A stretch of 64,000 bases of DNA, from contig JADZBP010000161.1 in the NCBI GenBank assembly GCA_020852055.1, positions 9,493 to 73,492 of the forward strand, written 5' to 3'. A program made the translations under genes and the position numbers. Below the pieces are notes generated by a model. The model worked only from the letters and a program-made list of their open reading frames with translations. It had not been told where the DNA came from and made no database searches. Within the stretch, counting starts at the first letter, position 1. Each line of letters begins with the position of its first letter. Shown here in pieces: positions 9,132 to 18,906 of the stretch. The DNA is from Candidatus Latescibacterota bacterium (GTDB taxonomy: Bacteria; Latescibacterota; UBA2968; UBA8231).

Positions 9132-9875
9132 TCAGGCCTGGTTGCTGAAGGGGCGGTACCAGATGTTGCGGTAGCGCACCAGGTCGCCGTGATCTTGCAG
9201 TTTGAGCGGGCCGGTGGAGGGATGGGGCTCGTCGTAGTTGGACAGGCTGCGGTGGCCGGTGGGCCCCAGGGTATCCTGATGGTGATGCACCACCACGCCG
9301 TTGTGGAAGAGGGTCAGCGAAGAAGGGCTGATGAGTTTGCTGCCCTCGAAGCGCGGGGCGATGAAGACCGCGTCGTAGGTCTGCCACTGGCCCGGAGCGC
9401 GGCAGGCGTTGACCAGGGGCGGGTACTGGCCGTAGATGGAAGCGGTGATGCCGTCGGCGTAGGTGGGGTTCTGGTACCCGTCGAGCACCTGGATCTCGTA
9501 GCGGCCCAGCAAAAAGACCCCGCTGTTGCCGCGGCCCTGGCTGTCGCCCTTGACCACGCTGGGGCAGGCGAATTCGAGGTGGAGCTGGCAGTCGCCGAAG
9601 TGCTCCTTACTCTCGATGTCGCCGGTGCCGGGGACCACCTCGGCGTAACCGTGTTCGACCTTCCATTTGGCCGGGCCCTTGTCCTTGACGCTGAGCCAGC
9701 CGGACAGGTCCTTGCCGCCGAAGAGCACCACCGCGTCCGAAGGCGGGGCGCCGGCCTGGTCCTGGGTGCTGGCGGTGCCGGGGGTGATGATGCGGGGCTG
9801 GGGTCGGGTGCTGTCGTGCACCCGCCATTTGCCGCCGGGAAGGAAGGGGGTATCGTCGTAGCCGAGCTGTGCCAT
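9132..9875 (-). CDS. DUF1080 (3-keto-disaccharide hydrolase-like) domain protein
   Basis: Start at MAQLGYDD (ATG 9875, AGGAGA upstream). Has GNSGVFLLGRYEIQVLD and GPLKLQDHGDLVRYRNIW, characteristic of DUF1080 jelly-roll proteins. Confidence 0.8.
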   Translation of the reverse strand: MAQLGYDDTPFLPGGKWRVHDSTRPQPRIITPGTASTQDQAGAPPSDAVVLFGGKDLSGWLSVKDKGPAKWKVEHGYAEVVPGTGDIESKEHFGDCQLHLEFACPSVVKGDSQGRGNSGVFLLGRYEIQVLDGYQNPTYADGITASIYGQYPPLVNACRAPGQWQTYDAVFIAPRFEGSKLISPSSLTLFHNGVVVHHHQDTLGPTGHRSLSNYDEPHPSTGPLKLQDHGDLVRYRNIWYRPFSNQA

Positions 9876-9985
9876 TGCCAAGTCTCCTGTGCGTGGTGGA
9901 CACCCGTAGCTGCGCTGCTCTAAGGCGTATAATTTAAGAGATATCACCCGGCCCGGCACAAGTCTACCATCAGGAGCATATTCCC

Positions 9986-11944
9986 ATGCCTCCCGCCCAA
10001 CGCGCAGTCTGCTCCCCGGCCCAATACGCGACCCAGACCACCAACACCTGCCGCGTGCCCACCCGCAGCGGCCTGGAACTGGGCGCCACCCTCACCCGGC
10101 CCACGGCTCCAGGCCGTTTCCCGGTGCTGGTCTGGTACGACCCGTACCGCAGCGGCGCCGACGGGACCGCCAGCCCCATGGCCCTGTATTTCGCCCGGCG
10201 CGGCTATGTCTTTGCCTATCTCAACGTGCGCGGCACCGGCAACTCGCAGGGGGTGAGCCGGGACGAGTACATGGTGGAGGAGACCCAGGACGGGTACGAC
10301 GCGGTCGAATGGCTGGCCAGCCAGCCCTGGTCCAGCGGGCGGGTGGGGCAGCTGGGTTCCTCATACAGCGGTTTCAACACCCTGCAGGTGGCGGCCCTGG
10401 CCCCGCCCTCGCTCAAGGCCATCGCCCCGGCGTATTTCACCGACCGCCGCTACACCGATGACTGCCACTACAAGGGCGGCTGCCTGCGCGGCTACTACGA
10501 TATGCTCACCTACGGCCTGAGCATGGTGGCGATGAATGCCCTGCCGCCCTTCAAGGAGGCGGTGGGTGCCCAGTGGAGCGGGCTGTGGCGCCAGCGGCTT
10601 GAGGAGAGCGAACCGTATCTGCTCAAGTGGATCGAGCACCAGTTGGAGGATGAGTACTGGGCCGTGGGCTCCATCGCCGGCCACTACGACCGGATCAAGG
10701 CGGCCTCGCTGCTGATCGGCGGCTGGCACGACGGGTACCCCAACCCGCCCCTGCGGGTCTTCCGCGCCCTGCAGGCCCCCAAGAAGCTGCTCATCGGCCC
10801 CTGGTCCCATACCTACCCGGATCGCTCCCACTGCGGCCCGCGCCTCGACATCTGCTTCGAGTTGTTGCGCTGGTGGGATCACTGGCTCAAGGATCTAGAC
10901 AACGGGGTGGAGCGGGAGCCGGCGGTGCAGCTCTACGAGCAGGAGTACGAGCCACCGGTGCAGGACCGCACCCTGATCGCGGGCAGGTGGCGTATGGCCG
11001 GTGATCTGCCCACGGCGGAGGGGCAGGTCTTCCATCTGGGAGAGGGGAAGATGGAGGCGGTGCCGGCGAAAAAGACCGGGTCGGCCTCGGTGCCCTATTT
11101 GCCTGCCGCCAGCCGCAATGGGGGGATCTGGGATGCGGGGGTGCCTTTCACCCTGGCCGGGGATCAGCGCGCCGATGCGGCCCTGGCGCTCAACTTCCTC
11201 TCCGCCCCGCTCAAGAAGGACCTGTGTATCCTGGGCAATCCCACCTTCTCCTTCTGGATCAGCGCCGATGTGCCGGTGATCCCGGTGGCAGTGCGCCTGC
11301 TGGAGGTGGCCCCCGACGGCACCCAGGTGCTGGTGACCAAGGGTATACTCAACACCACCCGGCGCGAGGGTATGGACCGGGCCGTACCTCTGGAGCCGGG
11401 GGTGCCCACTCGCGTCGAGTATCACCTGGAAGCCGTGGCCTGGCGCTTCCGCAAGGGGCATCGTATCGGCTTGAGTGTCAATGGCTCCGACTTTCCCAAT
11501 GTCTGGCCCACGCCCTATCCGGGGACCTTCACCCTGCACTGGGGCGGGCCGCACGAGAGCCGTTTCACCCTGCCGGTATGGGACGGGGGGAAGAAGCCGG
11601 CCTTCGCGTTCCTACCTTCGCCTGAGCCGGCGCGGGACACGGGCACGGGTACGGCGCCCTGGCAGGTGGTCCACGAGGTGCTGGAGGATCGCTACCGGCT
11701 GGTGCTCTTTGGTGGGGATGGGGAGATGGGGGTGTCGCAGCGCGAGCCGGCCCGGGCCTGGGTGCGGGCCAAAAAGAAGCTGAGTGTGCAGTGGCCCGGC
11801 GAGGTCTACCGCAGCGAGGCCACCGGCTCCCTGACCAGCGACGCGCAGACCCTGGTGATGAACCTGTCGCTGAATGTGTACCTCAACGACAGCCTGTACT
11901 TCCAGAAGGGTTGGAGTGCGTCGGTGCCGCGGCTGTTGTTGTGA
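9986..11944 (+). CDS. CocE/NonD family hydrolase (X-Pro dipeptidyl-peptidase S15-like)
   Basis: 652 aa. GTGNSQG, GSSYSG nucleophile elbow, C-terminal beta-sandwich. AGGAG lies 9 nt before the ATG. Confidence 0.85.
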   Translation: MPPAQRAVCSPAQYATQTTNTCRVPTRSGLELGATLTRPTAPGRFPVLVWYDPYRSGADGTASPMALYFARRGYVFAYLNVRGTGNSQGVSRDEYMVEETQDGYDAVEWLASQPWSSGRVGQLGSSYSGFNTLQVAALAPPSLKAIAPAYFTDRRYTDDCHYKGGCLRGYYDMLTYGLSMVAMNALPPFKEAVGAQWSGLWRQRLEESEPYLLKWIEHQLEDEYWAVGSIAGHYDRIKAASLLIGGWHDGYPNPPLRVFRALQAPKKLLIGPWSHTYPDRSHCGPRLDICFELLRWWDHWLKDLDNGVEREPAVQLYEQEYEPPVQDRTLIAGRWRMAGDLPTAEGQVFHLGEGKMEAVPAKKTGSASVPYLPAASRNGGIWDAGVPFTLAGDQRADAALALNFLSAPLKKDLCILGNPTFSFWISADVPVIPVAVRLLEVAPDGTQVLVTKGILNTTRREGMDRAVPLEPGVPTRVEYHLEAVAWRFRKGHRIGLSVNGSDFPNVWPTPYPGTFTLHWGGPHESRFTLPVWDGGKKPAFAFLPSPEPARDTGTGTAPWQVVHEVLEDRYRLVLFGGDGEMGVSQREPARAWVRAKKKLSVQWPGEVYRSEATGSLTSDAQTLVMNLSLNVYLNDSLYFQKGWSASVPRLLL

Positions 11945-11964
11945 GCGGCGGGGGAGTCCGCCGC
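11945..11964. terminator. hairpin between convergent genes (possible bidirectional terminator)
   Basis: GCGGCGG-GGGAGT-CCGCCGC, 7-bp GC stem, no U-tract. Confidence 0.3.
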
Positions 11965-11972
11965 CCACGTTA

Positions 11973-12956
11973 CTAGATCTGAGAGTGATAGATGGCGTCG
12001 ACCAGCTCCATGGTTTTGAGGGCGTCGGCGAAGTTGGTTTCGGGCTGGCGGTTCTGCTGCACACACGCGATGAAATGGAGGTTGGTGTCGTAGGCGCCAA
12101 AGGCCCGGTGCTGTTCGCGGCTGCCGCACAGGGCAAAGGGATCGAGGGTCTGCACGGGTTCGAGCTTGTTGTCGGCAAAGACCTTGCCGCCCTCCTCCGG
12201 ATCGCCGAAGAAGGAGATGCCCGGGGCGTGCACCTCGACGCTGAAGATGCGCCGCCCGGTCATGAAGTTGTTGAGCAGCAGGCCCGTGGCCCCCGAACTG
12301 AAGCGCACCAGGGCCAGATGGATGTTCCAGTGGCCCGCGTCGAGACGGCGCGAGTCGCTGGCCACACTGATCACCTCCCCTCCGCACAGGTAGCGCAGGG
12401 TGTCCACCGCGTGGATGCCGTCGCAGGTGAGCATGTCCATCGCCCCTTTGTAGTACGGGGCGCCGCCCACCCAGTTCTTGTAGAAGGTGGCGTGGGCGGT
12501 ATGGACCGTCCCGCGCTCTTCACACAATTCCTTGCCCCGGCGGATCAGCGGGGAGAAGCGGCGCTGGAAGGTGACCCCGGTGAGCACCTTGTGTTTCACG
12601 GCCAGCAGGTCGAGCTGGCGCACCTGCTCGGCGGTGACCGCCGGCGGTTTCTCGATGAAGAGGTGGCAGCCCCGCTCGATGATGCCGGCGGCCACGTCGT
12701 AGAGGTGGTGGGGCGGCATGATGGCCCAGACCGCGTCGGGTTTTTCCTTGTCGATCATCTCGGCGTAGTTCGAGTAGCGGCCGGGGATGCCGAATTTGTC
12801 GCCGGCGGCCTGGGCCCTTTTCAGGTCCAGATCGCAGACGGCCACTACCTGGGCGGCGGCGATATCCTTTAGGGCGGGGTAGTGGACGGCCTGCGCCCGA
12901 CCACCAGCGCCGAGGATCGCCACCTTTACCTTTTTGCCAGCTTTTTTCTTGGCCAT
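11973..12956 (-). CDS. Gfo/Idh/MocA family oxidoreductase
   Basis: Start at MAKKKAGKKVKVAILGAGGRAQ (ATG 12956). EKPPA motif. The track's 464-aa ORF is an upstream extension across the neighbouring gene. Confidence 0.85.
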   Translation of the reverse strand: MAKKKAGKKVKVAILGAGGRAQAVHYPALKDIAAAQVVAVCDLDLKRAQAAGDKFGIPGRYSNYAEMIDKEKPDAVWAIMPPHHLYDVAAGIIERGCHLFIEKPPAVTAEQVRQLDLLAVKHKVLTGVTFQRRFSPLIRRGKELCEERGTVHTAHATFYKNWVGGAPYYKGAMDMLTCDGIHAVDTLRYLCGGEVISVASDSRRLDAGHWNIHLALVRFSSGATGLLLNNFMTGRRIFSVEVHAPGISFFGDPEEGGKVFADNKLEPVQTLDPFALCGSREQHRAFGAYDTNLHFIACVQQNRQPETNFADALKTMELVDAIYHSQI

Positions 12957-12976
12957 ACTCTTCTCCTCCTGGGCAG

Positions 12977-13402
12977 CTATTTGGCTTCCATGCCGCTGTC
13001 CCCTCCGAACTGGGGCAGGGCATCGTGGATGGGGTGCCAATCGGCGCGGTCGTCCACGTACACGTGGGCCGCGGGTTGGCGGTCGATGGGGCCTTTGAGG
13101 CTGGCCAGCGCCACATGCACCTCGCCAGGCCAGCGGGGGCCTTCGTAGAAGAGGGGACTGCCGCACTGGCCGCAGAAGCTGCGGGTGGCGCCGCTCTCGG
13201 TCAGGTAGGTGCGCAACAGGTCGGCGCCGGCCAGCAGGCGCAGTTGGATTTTGTTGAATCCGGCCCAGGTGACAAAGGCCGCTCCGTGGGCACGCCGACA
13301 GTTGGGGCAGTGGCAATGGGCGCAGAAGCGGCTGGGCAGGGAAAGTGCAAACCGCACGCCTCCGCACAGGCAGGCCCCTTCGACCTCGGGGGGATCGGCC
13401 AT
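12977..13402 (-). CDS. GFA family (glutathione-dependent formaldehyde-activating/CENP-V-like) zinc protein
   Basis: 141 aa. CLCGGVRF ... CHCPNCRRAHGA ... CGQCGSPL cysteine pattern of the GFA fold. Confidence 0.8.
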   Translation of the reverse strand: MADPPEVEGACLCGGVRFALSLPSRFCAHCHCPNCRRAHGAAFVTWAGFNKIQLRLLAGADLLRTYLTESGATRSFCGQCGSPLFYEGPRWPGEVHVALASLKGPIDRQPAAHVYVDDRADWHPIHDALPQFGGDSGMEAK

Positions 13403-13412
13403 CTTCCTACTC

Positions 13413-14549
13413 CTATTCGGGGTGGCGTACCTTCCAGGGCCACACCCGTCGGGTGGGGGTGCGCGGTTGGGCTGGGTCCCAGGCCTGCAGGTGCCGGTAC
13501 GCGGCCAGCAGGTTTGCGGGCGGCACCTCCACCCCGGTCACGTTGCTGGTGAAGAGGAACATGCCTCTGCCCCCGTCGGTGAAGTCGAGGAAATAGTCCA
13601 CCTCCTCGCGCACCTCGTCGGGGGTGCCGAAAGGCAGGGTGCGCGACACACTCAGGCTGGTGAAGTAGAGCAACTCCTCGCCCTTTGGGCTGCGCAGCCT
13701 TTTGAACTCGTAAGGGTCCACCCCCACCTCGAACTGAAACCCCTGCAGGCCGCTGAAACCCAGGCCGAGGAAGTCCCCGATCAACGGGCGCACATCCCCG
13801 TCGCAGTGGTGGATCAGGCGAACCCCGGCCTCCACCAGCGGCGCGATGATCATCGCCACGGTAGGCAGATAGTACCGCCGCAGCATGCCCGGATCGACCA
13901 TGGGGCCCTGGTTGTTGCACAGGTCCTCGCCGCAGAACATCAGCGGCACCAGGTCGTAGTCGCGGTAGAGCCGCACCAGGATCTCGGCCCGTTTGCGCGA
14001 GTGCACACTCTTGGCCCACCACAACTTGCCCACCGCCTCGGGGTACAGGGCGCAGGCCGAGAGGAAGGCCACGTACCCGAACTCGGTGTAGAGCGGGAAG
14101 TGGCCGCCGATCTCCCAGAAGTTGGGGATGGGCACGATGCCTTCCCAGTGTTTGAAGGCCCCCTCGAAGAAGTCGCGGTAGCGCTGCTCTTCGGCAGCCG
14201 CGTCGAAACTCCTGAGGATCTCTGCCTCGCTGTCGGGCAGGGACTGGGCTTTGCGCAAGAGATCCTCGGGCTCGACCTGCGCAAAGCGGCTCTCCAGCAC
14301 GTACCCGGTGCGCACCTGCTCCAGCTCGCGGGGAATCACCGGCTGGATCAGGCCATCCACTCCCAGGTTCAGGTTGGCCTTGATGACCCCGGCCAGGGGA
14401 TCGGCCAGGTACTGGTTGGTGCTGAGGCCGGCCAGCTGCGCCAGGTTGCGCACCCCGCCAATCCAGCCGCCCAGACTGGGGATACGATCCACCTCCTGGC
14501 CTTTGATCTGGCGGCGGAGGCGTTCCTTGCGGGTGAGTGATACCGCCAT
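13413..14549 (-). CDS. uroporphyrinogen decarboxylase (URO-D)-like / methyltransferase-like TIM-barrel family protein
   Basis: Start at MAVSLTRKERL (ATG 14549). Overall resemblance to the URO-D/MtaA-like family. The specific function is not inferable. Confidence 0.6.
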   Translation of the reverse strand: MAVSLTRKERLRRQIKGQEVDRIPSLGGWIGGVRNLAQLAGLSTNQYLADPLAGVIKANLNLGVDGLIQPVIPRELEQVRTGYVLESRFAQVEPEDLLRKAQSLPDSEAEILRSFDAAAEEQRYRDFFEGAFKHWEGIVPIPNFWEIGGHFPLYTEFGYVAFLSACALYPEAVGKLWWAKSVHSRKRAEILVRLYRDYDLVPLMFCGEDLCNNQGPMVDPGMLRRYYLPTVAMIIAPLVEAGVRLIHHCDGDVRPLIGDFLGLGFSGLQGFQFEVGVDPYEFKRLRSPKGEELLYFTSLSVSRTLPFGTPDEVREEVDYFLDFTDGGRGMFLFTSNVTGVEVPPANLLAAYRHLQAWDPAQPRTPTRRVWPWKVRHPE

Positions 14550-14571
14550 GATGGTCTCTCGGGAAAGAGGA

Positions 14572-15687
14572 TCAGTGCTCCGGGGTGCCCTCGCGTTTTT
14601 TGAACCAGCCGCGCCGGCGCAACTCCTCAATGGGAGAGGGGCCGGTGGGGAGGGGGAAGTGCACCGGTCTATTGCCCTCGAGCTGAGATTGATAGATGGC
14701 CATCACCAGTTCCAGGGAGCGCCGGCCCACCTCGCCGTCGCTGCGCAGGGTGCCTTTGCCCGCCAGCGCGTCGAGCAACTCCTGCAGGGCCAGCACATAG
14801 GTGGAGGCCGGGGCCGGGCGTTCCAGCGCGCGCGGTTTGAGCGAACTCCACTGGAAGCCGCTCTCCGGCTCGTACACGTCCTGCTCGGCCTGGAAGAGCT
14901 GCACCTGCTCGCCGACGAAGCGCAGCAGCCCGGTGCTGCCGCGCAGCTCGAAGGCGTGGTCGGTGTATGCGGTCAGCTCGGCGCTGTGCAGGGCAGCGGT
15001 AACCCCGCTTTTGAATCTGAGGAAGGCAGCGCTGAAATCCTCCACCGCCCAGGGCCGCCGCCGTTGCTCGGCCAGGCCGCAGAGCCAGTCCACCGGGCCG
15101 GCGTACATATCCATCAGGTCGAAGTAGTGGGTGAAGTCGTGCAGCAGGGAGCCCTCGTGTTCGCTGCGCCACCAGGGGGCGGGTTTGCCCCCATCGATGA
15201 AGCCGTACACATGCACCAGTTCGCCGATGGCCCCCTCGCGCAGCAGGCGCAGGCCCAGTTCCCATTCGGGGTTCCAGCGGCGGTTGTGGTTGATCTGTAA
15301 GAGTACCCCGCGCTGCCGGCAGGCCCGAATCATGCGGTCGCATTCCGCCAGGGAGAGGGCCATGGGTTTTTCGCAGATGATGGCCCGGGTGGCGGGGGCC
15401 TGGGCGCAGGCTTCGACCATCTCGCAGTGTAATTCGGGATGGGTGGCGACGATGCAGATCTCGGGCTGCACCTCGGCGAGCATCTGGTGGTAGTCGTGGT
15501 ACAGGGCGCTCACCCCGAAGCGTTTGCCAAAGGCCTCGAGTTTTTCGCGGCCCCGGTTGACGCCGGCGACGAGCTGGCAGGCGGGATGGGCGTGGGCGGC
15601 TTCGGCGTGGTTGTCGGGCAAATCGCCAAAGTTGAACTGGTAGCCGACACGGCCGGTGCCGATGAGGGCGACGCGGTATTTATCCAC
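14572..15687 (-). CDS. Gfo/Idh/MocA family oxidoreductase
   Basis: Start chosen at GTG 15687 (GAGGAG 6 nt upstream), giving VDKYRVALIGTGRVG. The track start at 15705 is a TTG. EKPMA motif present. Confidence 0.85.
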   Translation of the reverse strand: MDKYRVALIGTGRVGYQFNFGDLPDNHAEAAHAHPACQLVAGVNRGREKLEAFGKRFGVSALYHDYHQMLAEVQPEICIVATHPELHCEMVEACAQAPATRAIICEKPMALSLAECDRMIRACRQRGVLLQINHNRRWNPEWELGLRLLREGAIGELVHVYGFIDGGKPAPWWRSEHEGSLLHDFTHYFDLMDMYAGPVDWLCGLAEQRRRPWAVEDFSAAFLRFKSGVTAALHSAELTAYTDHAFELRGSTGLLRFVGEQVQLFQAEQDVYEPESGFQWSSLKPRALERPAPASTYVLALQELLDALAGKGTLRSDGEVGRRSLELVMAIYQSQLEGNRPVHFPLPTGPSPIEELRRRGWFKKREGTPEH

Positions 15688-15765
15688 AATTTGCTCCTCG
15701 AACAAGGTGTATAACCTCGCCAGGCTGGCGGCTGGCGCGGCTGGAGCCGGCAGCCCGGTTTTCGG

Positions 15766-16587
15766 CTACTGCGGCAAGGCGCCGATGGTACGCAGCACCG
15801 CCCGCCCGACGGCCTCGCGTTTGGGCGCATCGGCGCTGCCCTTGGGCATATCGATGTTGAGGGCAAAAAACACCGCCCCTTCGCGCCACTCGACCCAGCC
15901 CACCCACCAGCCCAGGCCCTGGCCCTCCACCTCGCCCCAGCCGGTCTTGGCGCGCAGGATCCAGTCGCGATCCGCCCCCACGATCATCAGGTCTTTGACC
16001 AGCCGTTGGTGTGCCTCCTGAAAGGGCAGGTCGTTGCGGTAGAGGCGCCGCAGAAAATCCACCTGCTCGTGCGCCGAGATCCGCAACCCGCCATCCAGCC
16101 AGAAACGATCCACCCCTCCCGAAGGCTCGGCGTTGCCGTAGCCGATATGCTGCAGATAACCCCGCTCGCGCTCCTCGCCCAGCTGCCGGGCGAAAAGCTG
16201 GTACACCCACACCACCGACTTTCGCATCGAGGAGCGCAGGTCCTGGTCCTGGTTCCAGGCCTCGATATTCCGCCGCGTACCGTCCCAGGGAAAGACCTCG
16301 AATTCATCGCGCACGATGCCCGCATCGAGGGCAAAGAGCAGATGGGGAACCTTGAAGGTCGATGCCGGGGTGAAACGCGTTTGGGCCCGCGCCTCGTTGC
16401 TGACCCAATGCGACTGCGTGCGCTCATCGAGCACAACCACCGTTCCGCTTACCCCGGCATCGGCGAGGACCCCCGCCCAGTCCGCACGTTCCTGCCACTG
16501 CTCATCCGCCCCGGAGAGGGCGGGGAACGAGAGGGCAAACAGGATGAAAACCCACGATCTCAGGGACACACCAACAGGGTTCTCCAT
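15766..16587 (-). CDS. class D (OXA-type) beta-lactamase homologue with signal peptide
   Basis: All class D boxes are present in order: STFK, SVV (RKSVVWVYQ), YGN, FWL, KTG followed by WWVGWVE. The N-terminus MENPVGVSLRSWVFILFALSFPALSG looks like a signal peptide. Start at ATG 16587 avoids overlap with the upstream gene. Confidence 0.85.
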   Translation of the reverse strand: MENPVGVSLRSWVFILFALSFPALSGADEQWQERADWAGVLADAGVSGTVVVLDERTQSHWVSNEARAQTRFTPASTFKVPHLLFALDAGIVRDEFEVFPWDGTRRNIEAWNQDQDLRSSMRKSVVWVYQLFARQLGEERERGYLQHIGYGNAEPSGGVDRFWLDGGLRISAHEQVDFLRRLYRNDLPFQEAHQRLVKDLMIVGADRDWILRAKTGWGEVEGQGLGWWVGWVEWREGAVFFALNIDMPKGSADAPKREAVGRAVLRTIGALPQ

Positions 16588-16603
16588 GGAGGTTCCTGCG
16601 CGA

Positions 16604-17422
16604 TCACCGTTTGGTGAGATCATCACCCAGGTCGGTGGTATCCATCACGCCTTTTTCCTTACACACGGCCACCAGGAAGAACTCCAGTTCGTCCTGGGTG
16701 TGGTTGTACAGGCCGTGCGACCCGCCCAGGCGGTTGGGGATGGCGTCGCCGGAAAAGACCTCGGCGGTCTCGCCGTCCACTGTCATGCGGGCGCTGCCCT
16801 TCATGATCACGTAACACTCCTCCATGCCCTGGTGGCTGTGGTATCCCACCGAGGCTCCGGGCGGCACCAGGATATGGGAGAGGAAGGCCAGGCTGGTGCG
16901 GAAATCCTGCGGGCCCCAGATCTGGCGCCGGCCCACCTCGCCCTTGCCCTGGTGCAGGCGGGTGTATTCGAGCAGCTTGCGGTCGAAGCGGCCGATGGGC
17001 AGTCGGTCGGTGGATTCGAGGGGGGCGCCGACCCGGGTGTCGCCGAAATCGGTGGCGTCGGAGGGGCAGCCGGGCAGGGTGACGTTGAAGTTGAACCAGC
17101 GGGTCTCTTTCTGGGTATGGTTGTAGATGGCGTGGGATTCGCCGCAGCGCAAAGGCACCGCTGCGCCGCCCTCCACCTGGGTGGTGCGGCCGTTGTGGGT
17201 GAACTGCGAGGCATTGTCGATGGTGACGAAGATCTCCTCGCAGCGGTCGTGGCGGTGGTGGCCGATACCGCCGCCGGGCAGCAGATATGCGGAGTGCACG
17301 AACCACCACTCGGTCTGGAAGTCCTTCCGCTCAAAGAGGCTCTTGAAGAGGACGGGGCCGGCCCCGCCGTGGGCTTTGTCGATCTCCTGCATCTCTTCCC
17401 TGCGGGCATGGGCGATACGCAT
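16604..17422 (-). CDS. bicupin protein
   Basis: Start at MRIAHARREE (ATG 17422). Two cupin modules (GGIGHHRHDRCEEIFVT... and ASVGYHSHQGMEECYVIMKG...). Confidence 0.75.
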   Translation of the reverse strand: MRIAHARREEMQEIDKAHGGAGPVLFKSLFERKDFQTEWWFVHSAYLLPGGGIGHHRHDRCEEIFVTIDNASQFTHNGRTTQVEGGAAVPLRCGESHAIYNHTQKETRWFNFNVTLPGCPSDATDFGDTRVGAPLESTDRLPIGRFDRKLLEYTRLHQGKGEVGRRQIWGPQDFRTSLAFLSHILVPPGASVGYHSHQGMEECYVIMKGSARMTVDGETAEVFSGDAIPNRLGGSHGLYNHTQDELEFFLVAVCKEKGVMDTTDLGDDLTKR

Positions 17423-17432
17423 GATCAAGTCC

Positions 17433-17795
17433 TCACTTTCCCAGGTAGGCGGTGCAGTCGATCTCGACCAGGATGCCTTTGTAGAGGTCTCCGGCTCCGA
17501 TGAGCCGGCGGGTGGGCATCCGGCCTTTGAAGTAGCGCATGTAGGCCCGGTTGAAACCGTCGCGGTCTTCCATGTTGAGCAGGAAGACATTGGTGCGCAC
17601 CACGTCGTCGAAACTGGCACCCTCCTTGGCCAGGGCCCTGGCGATGGCGTCCATGGTGAAGGCGGTCTGCGCCTCGATGTCGGCGCCGACCACCTCGAGG
17701 TCGTCACCTACCGGGCCGAAGCCGGAGAGGAAGAGGATGTCGCCGGCGCGGCGGGCCATGCTGTAGAAGGGTTCGGGGCTGGGTTGTTCGGCCAT
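17433..17795 (-). CDS. RidA/YjgF family protein (reactive intermediate deaminase-like)
   Basis: 120 aa. Family-typical VVRTNVFL and C-terminal LVEIDC. AAGGAAA RBS. Confidence 0.8.
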   Translation of the reverse strand: MAEQPSPEPFYSMARRAGDILFLSGFGPVGDDLEVVGADIEAQTAFTMDAIARALAKEGASFDDVVRTNVFLLNMEDRDGFNRAYMRYFKGRMPTRRLIGAGDLYKGILVEIDCTAYLGK

Positions 17796-17807
17796 GGGTT
17801 TCCTTTT

Positions 17808-18878
17808 CTAGTCCGCAAAAAGTGCGGGGTCGGGGGGTTTGAGGGGGAAGCGGGGCACCACTCCTTTGTTGACGATATTCTCGGGTGGGGGCAGATGGCC
17901 GCTGAGCACACTCACCAGATTCCGGACCCCGGTGCGGGTGCAATCCTGCGAGGCCTGCACCGAGAGGCCGGAAACGTGCGGGGTGAGGAGGACGTTGTCG
18001 AGTTCGACCAGCGGATGGCAGGGGGGCGGTGGGTTATCCACAAAGATCTCGATGCCCTCGAAGGTGTCGATGCCGGCCCCGGCCAGATGGCCGCTCCTCA
18101 GGGCTTCGACCAGGGCGTCTTCGTCCACCAGCGCGCCGCGCGAGGTGTTGATCAGGATCGCGCCGGGTTTCATCTTGCGCAGGGCCGCCGCGTCGATGAG
18201 GTGGCGGGTCTCGGGGGTGAGGGGCAGCTGCAGGGAGACGAAGTCGGAGCGGCGCAACAGGGTGTCGAGGTCCACCATCTCCACCCCCAGTTGCTCGGCC
18301 TGCTGGCGGCCGGCGTTCATGTTGCGGCGGGTGGCCAGCACCCGCAGGCCAAAGGCCTGGGCGCGGCGGGCGACCTCGGGACCGGTAGCCCCGAAGCCGA
18401 CGATGCCCAGGGTCAGTCCGGCGAGGCGGGGCAGGGCCAGGGATTCGTCGCGGGCCCTGCCAAAGGCGCCGGCCTTCAGGTATCGTCCCATCTGCGGCAG
18501 CTTGCGCGCCAGGCCCAGCAGCATGGCCAGGATGTGGTCGGCCATCTCGGCGACGCAGAAGAAGGGGGCGTTGGTGACGAGGATGCCCTTCTTGGTCGCC
18601 AGGTCCACGGCGATCTTGTCCGTCCCGTTGCCCAGGCGCGAGATGAGCCGGCATTTTTCGAGGCGCTCGACCATCTCGGCCTTGAGCGGGGCGGAGATGA
18701 TGAAGAGGGCGTCGCAGTCCCGGAGGTGAGGGAGCTGTTCTTCGGGGGTGTTGGCCTCGACGCGCAGCGGGCTCAGGTCATATTGCCGGTGCAGGCCCTC
18801 CTCAAAGGGAGAGATGGGCATGAGAGTGGCGTTGAGGCGAACGACCTTGAAGTGCTGGAGATGATGCCACCTGCTCAT
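17808..18878 (-). CDS. D-isomer-specific 2-hydroxyacid dehydrogenase family protein
   Basis: Start at [12 protein letters not shown] (ATG 18878). NAD site [22 protein letters not shown], and catalytic-histidine context TPHVSG. Confidence 0.85.
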   Translation of the reverse strand: MSRWHHLQHFKVVRLNATLMPISPFEEGLHRQYDLSPLRVEANTPEEQLPHLRDCDALFIISAPLKAEMVERLEKCRLISRLGNGTDKIAVDLATKKGILVTNAPFFCVAEMADHILAMLLGLARKLPQMGRYLKAGAFGRARDESLALPRLAGLTLGIVGFGATGPEVARRAQAFGLRVLATRRNMNAGRQQAEQLGVEMVDLDTLLRRSDFVSLQLPLTPETRHLIDAAALRKMKPGAILINTSRGALVDEDALVEALRSGHLAGAGIDTFEGIEIFVDNPPPPCHPLVELDNVLLTPHVSGLSVQASQDCTRTGVRNLVSVLSGHLPPPENIVNKGVVPRFPLKPPDPALFAD

Positions 18879-18906
18879 TGACGATAACCACCAAAGGTGA
18901 AGCGCC

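Noticed and set aside
9928-9933. TATAAT hexamer upstream of the CocE/NonD gene as a promoter
   Set aside because: It is a perfect -10, but there is no acceptable -35 or extended -10 at 16-19 nt spacing. It is too weakly supported to list as a feature.
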